From: a virus
Taxonomy: Duplodnaviria; Caudoviricetes
Strand: one strand, 5' to 3'
DNA length: 27,820 bases
Virus record (IMG/VR): IMGVR_UViG_3300005512_000262
Location: 1-27,820 of that record
Part shown: one piece after another, positions 1 to 7,561 of the stretch
Layout: the number at the start of each line of letters is the position of its first letter
Numbering within the stretch: the first letter of the stretch is position 1
Program-made: the position numbers and the translations under genes
The notes under the pieces: model-generated
What the model saw: only the letters and a program-made list of their open reading frames with translations
What the model was told of the DNA's origin: nothing
Databases searched by the model: none

Positions 1-123
1 CACATATAGACTTGTTGAATGCTTTTGGTGCATCTCAGATTGCTTTGGGAATGGCTGCAGGACTTCAGAAGTGGGAGAAGAACCGATGACTGAACAACTG
101 ATGATTGAAGTATTGACTGGCCC
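1..123. repeat. Terminal direct repeat (circular assembly overlap), left copy
   Basis: Bases 1-123 (cacatataga...gactggccc) are identical to 27698-27820. The endolysin stop and holin start (ATGA) read through the junction. Confidence 0.97.
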
Positions 124-367
124 TGTTGCTGCATTGGGTCTATGTGTCGTGTGTTTGTATGCAATTGCAAAGTGGGTGGGTGCAAATGTTCCAGTATGGG
201 TGAACAGACACTTGGACCAGTTGGACAAGATTGTTGACTCACACAATCAAGACCGCGAAATGTACCGCGAATCATTGGGCACTTTGACAATCAGCCTGCA
301 AGAGTTGAACAAAGAAGTGGATGTTATCAAAGATGATGTGAAGGAAATCAAGATTGCATTGAAGTAG
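86..367 (+). CDS. Putative holin (single TM helix plus coiled coil, BhlA-like architecture)
   Basis: ATG at 86 overlaps the endolysin stop (ATGA) across the circular junction. Hydrophobic segment VLTGPVAALGLCVVCLYAIAKWVG is followed by a heptad-rich tail. Confidence 0.6.
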   Translation: MTEQLMIEVLTGPVAALGLCVVCLYAIAKWVGANVPVWVNRHLDQLDKIVDSHNQDREMYRESLGTLTISLQELNKEVDVIKDDVKEIKIALK

Positions 368-419
368 TAATTGTTTTTACATAAGAAAGGCCATATGTAA
401 AGATTTTAGACTTTTCTTA

Positions 420-944
420 TCAGAATGAATCTATAATCTTTTCAACCCATTCATCCAATCCCCAGTCATAAAATGAAACGCGCTTGAACCAGGTGTAGTC
501 ATTCTGATTTCTGATTGTAAACTTGTGCAGGCCTTCAAAGTGTTTGTCTACAACATCCAGCAATCTGATTGTTGGGACCATAGCAATGTATGACTTGTCA
601 TTGTAAAAGAAGCCTTCAATTGTCCAGTCACTGAGAAGACCACCATTGTGAAAAGCATCCATTCTACTACCCAGTTCCAATTTTCTGAATGGGTCGCTGG
701 TCCTTTTCCATCTCAAGGTGAAATGACTTTTGGGGTGGGACATCCAAACACGCGCTGCAATGGTTGTGATTGATGCACCATTGACAACCACATAGTCAAT
801 GCCATGTTCATAGTCCAATGGTTGTTCATTGCACGAGTGCCACACTCCAGGAAACTTATCTTGCACCAATGGCAGAAGATATTTTTCAAAGTTCTGTTCT
901 CCACGTGTCATGCGCTGCTTTCGGTTCATTATTGGATTTGTCAT
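420..944 (-). CDS. Hypothetical protein, possible PD-(D/E)xK restriction-endonuclease-like fold
   Basis: Start moved to ATG 944 (MTNPIMN), since the upstream extension crosses the promoter region. LDYEHGIDYVVV...TIAARV resembles the nuclease core, but the (D/E)xK is not canonical. Confidence 0.45.
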   Translation of the reverse strand: MTNPIMNRKQRMTRGEQNFEKYLLPLVQDKFPGVWHSCNEQPLDYEHGIDYVVVNGASITTIAARVWMSHPKSHFTLRWKRTSDPFRKLELGSRMDAFHNGGLLSDWTIEGFFYNDKSYIAMVPTIRLLDVVDKHFEGLHKFTIRNQNDYTWFKRVSFYDWGLDEWVEKIIDSF

Positions 945-950
945 GGAAAT

Positions 951-959
951 ACTATAACA
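951..959 (-). promoter_or_regulatory. Extended -10 promoter (TGtTATAGT) for the leftward gene, probably leaderless
   Basis: Minus strand reads gatgTGtTATAGTatttccATG, with no Shine-Dalgarno. Confidence 0.55.
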
Positions 960-984
960 CATCGAAAATAAAATAAAAAAAGTG

Positions 985-1013
985 TTGACATATGTGAACG
1001 AACAGTGCATAAT
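985..1013 (+). promoter_or_regulatory. Sigma70-type early promoter
   Basis: TTGACA (985-990), 17 bp spacer, CATAAT (1008-1013), with an A-rich UP-like tract upstream. Confidence 0.8.
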
Positions 1014-1060
1014 CATAAACAGATGGACAAACTATCTGACAACAATCAATGAGGTACAAC

Positions 1061-1411
1061 ATGACACAATCAATCAAAAATAACATTACATACAATAAGG
1101 GTGAAACGGTCAAAGCGGGAAAAAAAACAAAACACATTATGCTTGTTGGAAATGTTGAACATGTTCGCACAAGTTTAACAGAATACAAATATGGTGTAGT
1201 GGTTGAGTTTTTCAGTAGTTCATTTGTAATTTGCAGTAAAAACCCAATTACTGAAGGTCGAATCAAAAGTGAACCATATCAGGGGTTAACAAGTTTAATT
1301 GGTGCACCATGGAATCAAAAAAGTAGAATCAAACGTGAAAACAAACAACTTGTTAACCAATGGATTGAAAATGGTGATTTAAAAATGAACTTCTTCACAT
1401 TCAATCAATAA
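1061..1411 (+). CDS. Hypothetical early protein (AT-rich)
   Basis: RBS GAGGTAC at 1051-1057 fixes the start at 1061 (MTQSIKNN). Confidence 0.75.
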   Translation: MTQSIKNNITYNKGETVKAGKKTKHIMLVGNVEHVRTSLTEYKYGVVVEFFSSSFVICSKNPITEGRIKSEPYQGLTSLIGAPWNQKSRIKRENKQLVNQWIENGDLKMNFFTFNQ

Positions 1412-1418
1412 TCAAACA

Positions 1419-1442
1419 GGTGGGTGGGTCAAACCATCCACC
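1419..1442 (+). other. Intergenic stem-loop without U-tract
   Basis: ggtgggtgg-gtcaaa-ccatccacc, a 9 bp stem with one G-U pair. Confidence 0.65.
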
Positions 1443-1462
1443 ATCAATCAATGAGGTACACA

Positions 1463-1870
1463 ATGAAAAAAGAAATAAGTCGCAGCTACTATGGACAAAA
1501 AATCAAACAATCAAATATGGTATTTGAATACCGCTTTTATGAACTTGATGAAGATGGGGACATGATAAACGATAATATAGAATACAGCAACAGAGTCTTT
1601 ACCCTAGAAAATATAGTATCTGTCAAAGATGCCATTCAAGAATGCAGATTTTATGAATGCAATAATATAGAGCTCTTCTGCTGGTCTAATGATGATTCTG
1701 AAAATGAGATTCTACAATTGATTTGTGATGTCTGTCATCTTTGTAAAGATGGGATTGATTGGACATATGATTTACATACTTCCCATGTAGTTTTGTCTTC
1801 TTCTATAAATGTGGCTATGCCTTCCAAAATTTTGAATGATTGGAACACAGCAAGAAAACAAATCAAATGA
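1463..1870 (+). CDS. Hypothetical acidic early protein (AT-rich)
   Basis: RBS GAGGTAC at 1453-1459 fixes the start at 1463 (MKKEISRS). Confidence 0.75.
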   Translation: MKKEISRSYYGQKIKQSNMVFEYRFYELDEDGDMINDNIEYSNRVFTLENIVSVKDAIQECRFYECNNIELFCWSNDDSENEILQLICDVCHLCKDGIDWTYDLHTSHVVLSSSINVAMPSKILNDWNTARKQIK

Positions 1871-1878
1871 GGTACAAC

Positions 1879-1986
1879 ATGAACAACCAAATCAAACAAC
1901 ATCTTGCTGGGACATTATTGGTGACTGGCTTCTTTTCTGCAATCGGATTGACATTTGCACTGCTGTGCATGGCGGTGGGTGTATGA
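1879..1986 (+). CDS. 35-aa single-pass membrane peptide (not in ORF track)
   Basis: RBS GAGGTAC at 1869-1875; translates as MNNQIKQHLAGTLLVTGFFSAIGLTFALLCMAVGV; the stop overlaps the next ATG. Confidence 0.75.
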   Translation: MNNQIKQHLAGTLLVTGFFSAIGLTFALLCMAVGV

Positions 1987-2189
1987 TGATGAGAACACTA
2001 TACATCTTGATTGTTGCCAGTTATCAAGAAGCACACAGTCAAGTATTCTACTGCAGAAGCACTGCAGAGCATTTCATCAAGTGCAGATACAACAGTTCAG
2101 ACAAAACATGGATAGAGTTTGTCAAGTATTTAGAAATCAACCACCCACAAATCAAAGTAACAATACAAGAAATAGGAATGGAACTATGA
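1983..2189 (+). CDS. Hypothetical protein
   Basis: MMMRTLYIL..., ATGA-coupled to both neighbours. Confidence 0.65.
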   Translation: MMMRTLYILIVASYQEAHSQVFYCRSTAEHFIKCRYNSSDKTWIEFVKYLEINHPQIKVTIQEIGMEL

Positions 2190-2419
2190 CATTTGAAGAA
2201 CAGCTGACACAATACCTAGTGGAATCAAAGATGTCTTTGACATATCTCACCCACAAAACATTGATACACAGAACCTACTTTGAAAAGTGGTTTTCTGGAA
2301 TGGGCAGACCAACTGAAACCCAAATGATTCTGATTGTGGAACACTTGCGCAGAAAGCACTTGGACCAACCTTTTGAAATCATGCGCAAACTGTATATCTC
2401 ACTAGGTGACCAGCAATGA
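2186..2419 (+). CDS. XRE/Cro-like helix-turn-helix protein
   Basis: TFEEQLTQYLVESKMSLTYLTHKTLIHRTYFEKWFSGMGRP follows the XRE pattern; ATGA-coupled. Confidence 0.65.
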   Translation: MTFEEQLTQYLVESKMSLTYLTHKTLIHRTYFEKWFSGMGRPTETQMILIVEHLRRKHLDQPFEIMRKLYISLGDQQ

Positions 2420-2646
2420 CATACTTGGACAGAATACACATCTATTTGGATGACCTGGGCTGGACAATGGAAGACTTGCAATGGAGAACAGGATTCAAAG
2501 AAAGCATTGAAGAACATCTTCAGCAGGACAAGATTGACAACTTGTTTCTGTACACAGTCATTTTCACAATACAAAAACAATACCCAAGAGAAAAACATTG
2601 GGAAATCTTTCACAACATATCATTCAATAAACTAGGGAAGGAATAA
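2416..2646 (+). CDS. Hypothetical protein, possibly degenerate HTH
   Basis: LDDLGWTMEDLQWRTG resembles the first XRE helices; ATGA-coupled. Confidence 0.55.
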   Translation: MTYLDRIHIYLDDLGWTMEDLQWRTGFKESIEEHLQQDKIDNLFLYTVIFTIQKQYPREKHWEIFHNISFNKLGKE

Positions 2647-2650
2647 CAAC

Positions 2651-3139
2651 ATGACAAGAACAATCAGAGAATACATCAAAGAACATGGCAGAACTGCAGC
2701 GCGCATGAAGTTTGGTGATAGAATAGATGACATGCCCATTTGCATTGCAGGTAGGGAAGTTGGAATCTTGAAACGATACAAGCACAAAGGCTATCAGCAA
2801 TGGGTTTGGGAAGCATCAGTTGTCTATAAAGATGTCGAATACCAATACATTGACTTTGACAATCAGATTACAGCACTTGACTGGGGATACAGAAAGATTG
2901 AAGCACTGGAGAACCCACAGTTTGGAATCATGCTGCGGGAACAGATTGCATCCAGTTCACTCACAGTTGAACAGATTGCAGACATTGCCAACTGCAGCCG
3001 ATATGTCATATTCAAATGGATGCGCTCAGAGTCATACCCATCCATCACACATCTGCAAAGAATAACCAGGGCAATCAGTCCAATGGGCTGGCCACCTTTG
3101 TTTGATGCTTGGTGTTCTCAGATTGAGATGGAACAATGA
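2651..3139 (+). CDS. Protein with C-terminal XRE HTH domain
   Basis: FGIMLREQIASSSLTVEQIADIANCSRYVIFKWMRSESYPSITHLQRI; RBS aagga upstream. Confidence 0.75.
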   Translation: MTRTIREYIKEHGRTAARMKFGDRIDDMPICIAGREVGILKRYKHKGYQQWVWEASVVYKDVEYQYIDFDNQITALDWGYRKIEALENPQFGIMLREQIASSSLTVEQIADIANCSRYVIFKWMRSESYPSITHLQRITRAISPMGWPPLFDAWCSQIEMEQ

Positions 3140-3546
3140 TGTGGATACTACATAGCCAAGGAACATTTCACGCTAGCCCAGTTGCTTTGGGTCGGCCTAG
3201 AATGTCCAAGTGGGGTGCATACACTCCAAAGAAATCAGTGGAATACCAGCGCAGCATGTTGAAAGAAATAGAGATTGACCATGAACCAATCAATGGTCCA
3301 ATCAAAGTTTCCATGACATTCTGCCACAAAAGGCCAGCAAGATTGAACCGCAAGAAAGACACAGTTGCAAGAATACCCAAGGTCACCAAACCAGACATTG
3401 ACAACATGATTAAGATGCTGTTGGATGTCCTGACAAAAGCAAAGGTTTGGAATGATGACAATCAAGTTGTCTGTGTCACTGCAGAAGACTGGTATTGCAG
3501 CAAACAAGAAGAACCACACACCCAATGGAGGATTTACACGCTATGA
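3136..3546 (+). CDS. rusA: RusA-family Holliday junction resolvase
   Basis: GRPR...YTPK N-terminus and the catalytic motifs KPDIDNMIKMLLD and WNDDNQV. Confidence 0.92.
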   Translation: MMWILHSQGTFHASPVALGRPRMSKWGAYTPKKSVEYQRSMLKEIEIDHEPINGPIKVSMTFCHKRPARLNRKKDTVARIPKVTKPDIDNMIKMLLDVLTKAKVWNDDNQVVCVTAEDWYCSKQEEPHTQWRIYTL

Positions 3547-4418
3547 GAAAACACTGGAGATTTACAACATTCAACGACTTACGAGATACCAGGGCAACAG
3601 AACATGCTATGACATTTGACCAACTGGTAAAAGGTTTTACAACTTCATATGGTAAGGAGTTCACACATCAGAAAGACCAGCTGCCTTTGTGGAGTCCAAC
3701 AACATTTACAAGAATGCGCAGGGCAGGAAAGAACGCAGAGAAGATTTGGTTCTTGGTCTTTGACATTGATGATGGATGCACCACCTTTGATACTTGGCGG
3801 TTATTCCATGAATACAATGTGATTGCACACACATCATTCAGCAACAGACCACACTATCACAAATACAGAATCATTCTGCCATTGGAAGAACCAGTTCCAG
3901 CAGAAGATTGGCCACGTGCAAGCATTGCTGCCAAAGGTGTTTGGGATTGTGTTGTTGGTATTGGTGAACCTGACAGTTCAGCACTGAATGACAGAGCAAG
4001 AATCTATTTCAGATATGGAATACCAACACCACCCAGTGCAGACATGAAAAGTCACCACCCAATGTTTCCAGCAAACTACCATCAAACAGCATGGAATGTG
4101 GGCAGAAACTTTGTGCTGGAGTACCAACACATTGAAATCAAACAACCAGTGCGAAAACAATATATTCCAAAGGTGTATTCCAATGGCAAAGCATCTATCA
4201 ATGAAGTCATGATGGACCCCAGCTTTAGACTTGCTTTGGCGAACAAGGCTGGTGCAACTATCCAAGACAATGAAGCCAGATATATATCTTGCCCACAGTG
4301 CAACAGAAACAGTGTACATTTCAGCATTGACCCATGTACTGGAATCGCATATAAATGGCCAACCTGCAACCATGTAAACAGTTGCGGGTGGTGGGGTCGC
4401 TTCGAAGACTTATTATAA
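3543..4418 (+). CDS. AEP-type primase-polymerase with C-terminal zinc ribbon
   Basis: Motifs LVFDIDDG, HTSFS and KYRIILPL; C-terminal CPQC...CNHVNSC. Start moved to the ATGA overlap with rusA. Confidence 0.8.
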   Translation: MRKHWRFTTFNDLRDTRATEHAMTFDQLVKGFTTSYGKEFTHQKDQLPLWSPTTFTRMRRAGKNAEKIWFLVFDIDDGCTTFDTWRLFHEYNVIAHTSFSNRPHYHKYRIILPLEEPVPAEDWPRASIAAKGVWDCVVGIGEPDSSALNDRARIYFRYGIPTPPSADMKSHHPMFPANYHQTAWNVGRNFVLEYQHIEIKQPVRKQYIPKVYSNGKASINEVMMDPSFRLALANKAGATIQDNEARYISCPQCNRNSVHFSIDPCTGIAYKWPTCNHVNSCGWWGRFEDLL

Positions 4419-4459
4419 CCAACCAACAAAACAACATACTGACATCATAGAGAGAGAAA

Positions 4460-5743
4460 ATGACACACTTAACAAACAAACAAAGAACAGAACTACTGAT
4501 TCAACTTGCACAAGAAGCAACGGGTCTGACAGTCGAAGCCAAGGGAAACCCACCTGAAGCAGACATTGACACTTGGGATATGCTGCGCAAGAAAACCAAA
4601 CGAGGGACAAACATTATGATTCCACTGAACTGCAGATGGAACACAGCAAGCATCTTGCGCAATGACCCAAGATACTCCAGTCTTTGCTATAACGAACATT
4701 CAGACCAAATCTTGCTGAATGGTGAGATGGTCAGTGATGTAACCTTGGAGGTCATCGCATTGAACTTCGAGGAGCACTACAGATACAGAGTAACAGACAA
4801 AGCATTGCGTGCTTCAGTCATCATGGTTGCACAAGAAAGAGCCATTGAACCCATCAAAGAATGGTTGCTGGACTTGCCTGAATGGGATGGTGAACACAGG
4901 ATTGAACCATTCTTTCAGAATGTATTGAATGCCAAGACTCCAGAAGCATGTGAAGAACTGATGGTTGAACTGAGTTGCAAGTGGTTCATCTCATGTGTGG
5001 CCAGAGTCATGAAACCTGGATGCAAGATGGATACTTGTCTTGTGTTGGTTGGTTCCAAAGGAATGCGCAAGTCAACTGCATTGAAACTGTTGGCAGGTGA
5101 AGAATGGTTTTCTGATTCCAATATCAACATCTCACACAAAGATTCATATGAACTGTTACACCAGTCAGGTGTTTGGATTTGGGAACTGGCAGAAATGCAC
5201 GCGCTGCAAGGAAAGACAGCTGCGAATGCAAAACAGTTTCTGACTTCAGCAAGTGACAGATACAGACCAGCCTATGCAAAGATGCCCATTCAAAGACAAA
5301 GAAGAACAGTATTCACAGCATCCACCAATGATTACCAGTTTCTGAGTGATGGTCCTGAACGAAGGTTTTGGATTGTCGATATCACAAAGAAGATTGACAC
5401 AGAATACATTGTGAACAACAGAACTCAATTGTGGGCAGAAGCATTGCACTGGTACAATCAAGGAATCAAGTGGTGGTTGGAAGAAGACAGTGAAGACAGA
5501 TTGATGGAATACCAACAGTCATTCATCATTGATGACCCCTGGACAGTCAAAGTGTTGGACTGTATCAAAAGGAATGCAGGCAAGGCAACCACAGCACAAA
5601 TTATGGAGTTCTTAGACCTGTCAGCAGTGAACCAGCACAAAGGATTCACCAAAAGGATTGCACAAATCTGCAGAGACTGTGGATATGAACAGTTCTATTC
5701 CAATACCCACAAATCAAGAATGTGGAGGAAGAAGACAAGTTGA
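4460..5743 (+). CDS. VirE/VapE-family P-loop ATPase (replicative helicase partner of the primase)
   Basis: WDGEHR and PGCKMD motifs, Walker A GSKGMRKST, Walker B WIWELAE, YRPAY, and STND...FLSDGPERRF. Confidence 0.9.
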   Translation: MTHLTNKQRTELLIQLAQEATGLTVEAKGNPPEADIDTWDMLRKKTKRGTNIMIPLNCRWNTASILRNDPRYSSLCYNEHSDQILLNGEMVSDVTLEVIALNFEEHYRYRVTDKALRASVIMVAQERAIEPIKEWLLDLPEWDGEHRIEPFFQNVLNAKTPEACEELMVELSCKWFISCVARVMKPGCKMDTCLVLVGSKGMRKSTALKLLAGEEWFSDSNINISHKDSYELLHQSGVWIWELAEMHALQGKTAANAKQFLTSASDRYRPAYAKMPIQRQRRTVFTASTNDYQFLSDGPERRFWIVDITKKIDTEYIVNNRTQLWAEALHWYNQGIKWWLEEDSEDRLMEYQQSFIIDDPWTVKVLDCIKRNAGKATTAQIMEFLDLSAVNQHKGFTKRIAQICRDCGYEQFYSNTHKSRMWRKKTS

Positions 5744-5767
5744 TACATTCTGTAGATGTGTTACAAT
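5740..5767 (+). promoter_or_regulatory. Promoter for a candidate small RNA
   Basis: TTGATA (5740-5745), 16 bp spacer, TACAAT (5762-5767), with extended -10 TG at 5759-5760. Confidence 0.6.
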
Positions 5768-5773
5768 GATTCT

Positions 5774-5852
5774 GCAGACAGAGATGTTTGTATGTTGTAA
5801 GACTCCTATGGTTGGGACCAGTTCATTCAGGTGGGCTGGTCTTTTTCTTTTT
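5774..5852 (+). ncRNA. Candidate ~80 nt small regulatory RNA
   Basis: Bounded by a promoter and an intrinsic terminator, with no credible ORF. Complementary to the helicase leader (4419-4446) and contains the anti-SD ACTCCT. Confidence 0.5.
5816..5852 (+). terminator. Rho-independent terminator
   Basis: gaccagttcat-tcag-gtgggctggtc (11 bp including G-U pairs) followed by tttttcttttt. Confidence 0.85.
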
Positions 5853-5908
5853 GGTTTACTTTCCAGTTTAGGTGTCAACTGATACTTTATTTTTACCAGT
5901 TAGACCAA

Positions 5909-6223
5909 ACCAATACACCAAAACTGTGCACCAATACACCAAAACTACACTTAAATACACGTAAATACAGGATACCCATTCACACTTTGCGCTGTTGGTG
6001 GCGGTCACATAGAAAGAAATACCTGATTTTCTCAATGTTGTTTTCTACGTTTACTATCTTTCAGATACCAGTTATTAAAATGTTTCAAAGAATTTTAGTA
6101 TAATAGTATAGGTATAGGGTACTAGATGACTGTTACTAGCGGGTCAAAGTACCAATACAGGTACGTGTATTAACGTGTATTTACGTGTATTTACGTGTAT
6201 TTATTGGCAAAACTGGTGTATTG
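5909..6223. repeat. Putative replication origin with inverted iteron arrays
   Basis: AATACAC-type repeats at 5912, 5933, 5954 and 5964. The inverse ACGTGTAT occurs 4 times at 10 bp period (6163-6200). The core is AT-rich and lies directly after primase-helicase. Confidence 0.7.
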
Positions 6224-6226
6224 ATT

Positions 6227-6568
6227 TCACTTTTCCAGTTGTTTGATTGCACGCTTGACCCATCTTTGTCCATCACTGCCACCCCACAAAGCCCATGCAA
6301 TTGCTGCTTTGGATGTCTTGTCTTGTCTGGCTTTGGATTCTGCTTCTGCTTCTCCATGTCTAGCAAACCAAGCATCCATCAATTTCAACTGTTCCAAATC
6401 AACTGAACCACTGGCCAATCTTCGAGCGGTTCGCATTCCAGTGCCAGGAACTCTTTTATTGTTCTCATCTTTGTATGCAGCGCGATTGGACATTGGAAGT
6501 GACATATTGTATTCAATAGCGCGGTTGGCAATCATTTGAATTCTCTTTGGTACATTGATGGTTGGCAT
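6227..6568 (-). CDS. Conserved phage protein with WxLWGG motif
   Basis: G.RTARRLA...M.AWFARH...IAWALWGGSDGQRW, a domain I recognise from phage head-gene regions. RBS gaggt lies upstream on the minus strand. Confidence 0.75.
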   Translation of the reverse strand: MPTINVPKRIQMIANRAIEYNMSLPMSNRAAYKDENNKRVPGTGMRTARRLASGSVDLEQLKLMDAWFARHGEAEAESKARQDKTSKAAIAWALWGGSDGQRWVKRAIKQLEK

Positions 6569-6602
6569 GGAAAAACCTCTTGTTTGGTGTTATATTTACA
6601 GT

Positions 6603-6938
6603 ATGAGTATATCAGAAAGAAACATTGTTGAACTGGTTTCAATGCTTATGCGTGGCATTGTTTCCAAAGTTCTTGTCAATCCAACAACAGCAGCAGAATC
6701 ATTCCAGAAAAGGATTGAAGAACTGGGTGCAGACTATGCGCATGCAGATGGTATTGGATATGTAACTGTTGATGGTGAAGATGTGATGATGGTACACTGG
6801 ACAAATGATGGAGTGGAATTCGATGACCATCATGAACACCCAATGACATTGGACTTGATAAAAGAAGCATTGAATGTTTTGAATCACATTGAAGAAATCC
6901 AGACAGAAGAAGACAGTGAAGATTGGGAGTGGGTCTAA
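6603..6938 (+). CDS. Hypothetical acidic protein
   Basis: Start moved to ATG 6603 (MSISERN), 6 nt after TGtTATATT; the stop overlaps the next start (TAATG). Confidence 0.7.
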   Translation: MSISERNIVELVSMLMRGIVSKVLVNPTTAAESFQKRIEELGADYAHADGIGYVTVDGEDVMMVHWTNDGVEFDDHHEHPMTLDLIKEALNVLNHIEEIQTEEDSEDWEWV

Positions 6939-7156
6939 TGGCAAAGAGAACAGAGATACAAAACTATGCAATCTCAAGAAAGATTGTGCGGTTGACTCGT
7001 GAAGGATACCCACAGAAGCAAGCAACTGCAATTGCATTCAGAATGTTCAAAGATGGTGAACTTCCATTGCCACCCAGTCCAAAACAAAAGAGAGAGTCAA
7101 GAAAGAAAAGAATGGATGACTATCGGAAGCGAATGACTGCGCGCAGGAGAAGATGA
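6938..7156 (+). CDS. Small basic protein with QAxAIA motif
   Basis: MAKRTEIQ...EGYPQKQATAIA...RRRR; TAATG coupling. Confidence 0.7.
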   Translation: MAKRTEIQNYAISRKIVRLTREGYPQKQATAIAFRMFKDGELPLPPSPKQKRESRKKRMDDYRKRMTARRRR

Positions 7157-7157
7157 A

Positions 7158-7226
7158 ATGTATTACAAGAAACCAAAGAAGAAGAAGACACCAAGCAAAC
7201 CACAGCGAACCCGCAGAAGAAGATGA
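7158..7226 (+). CDS. 22-aa protamine-like basic peptide (not in ORF track)
   Basis: MYYKKPKKKKTPSKPQRTRRRR; starts 1 nt after the upstream stop, with aggag upstream. Confidence 0.55.
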   Translation: MYYKKPKKKKTPSKPQRTRRRR

Positions 7227-7309
7227 CCAATATATTGTTCAAGATTGGGAAGTTCTGAACAGTATTTTATCCACTAGGTACACCATGAAAACACATAGCC
7301 AAAAAATAC

Positions 7310-7400
7310 AGGCCATGTACCCCCTGCGACCCCCCCCCGCACTGCTCTCACCACGACTTTTTTGCGCTACTATATATTTTTTCTCAGAAAAACTGGATAT
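7310..7400. other. Candidate packaging (cos/pac) region
   Basis: The C-rich run cccctgcgacccccccccgc and T-tracts stand out from the rest of the genome and lie in the gap just upstream of terS. Confidence 0.4.
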
Positions 7401-7561
7401 TAAATGGACAGAACTATTCAAGTCATTCCCAAACATTACTTCCAGCAGATTTTCACCATTGATTGTCCAGTATGTCAGAAAAGAATTCTTTTGCGAATCG
7501 AAAAAGTCACTGCTGTCCGATGTGTTGAATGCAAAACTAAACTCAAACTACAAGGTACAAC

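Noticed and set aside
1-123. 123 bp terminal repeat as a biological DTR or LTR
   Set aside because: It cuts through the endolysin and holin genes and has the size and exactness of an assembler overlap. It indicates circularity only.
372-397. Inverted repeat tttacata/tatgtaaa between convergent genes as a terminator
   Set aside because: The stem is AT-rich with a 10 nt loop. It is possible but too weak to call.
6163-6203. Tandem 10-mers as a CRISPR array
   Set aside because: There are no spacers, the units are too short and there are no cas genes.
5658-6539. Plus- and minus-strand ORFs across the origin region (5658, 5831, 6181, 6185, 6243)
   Set aside because: They are translations of a terminator, iteron repeats or the antisense of a real gene, and lack an RBS.
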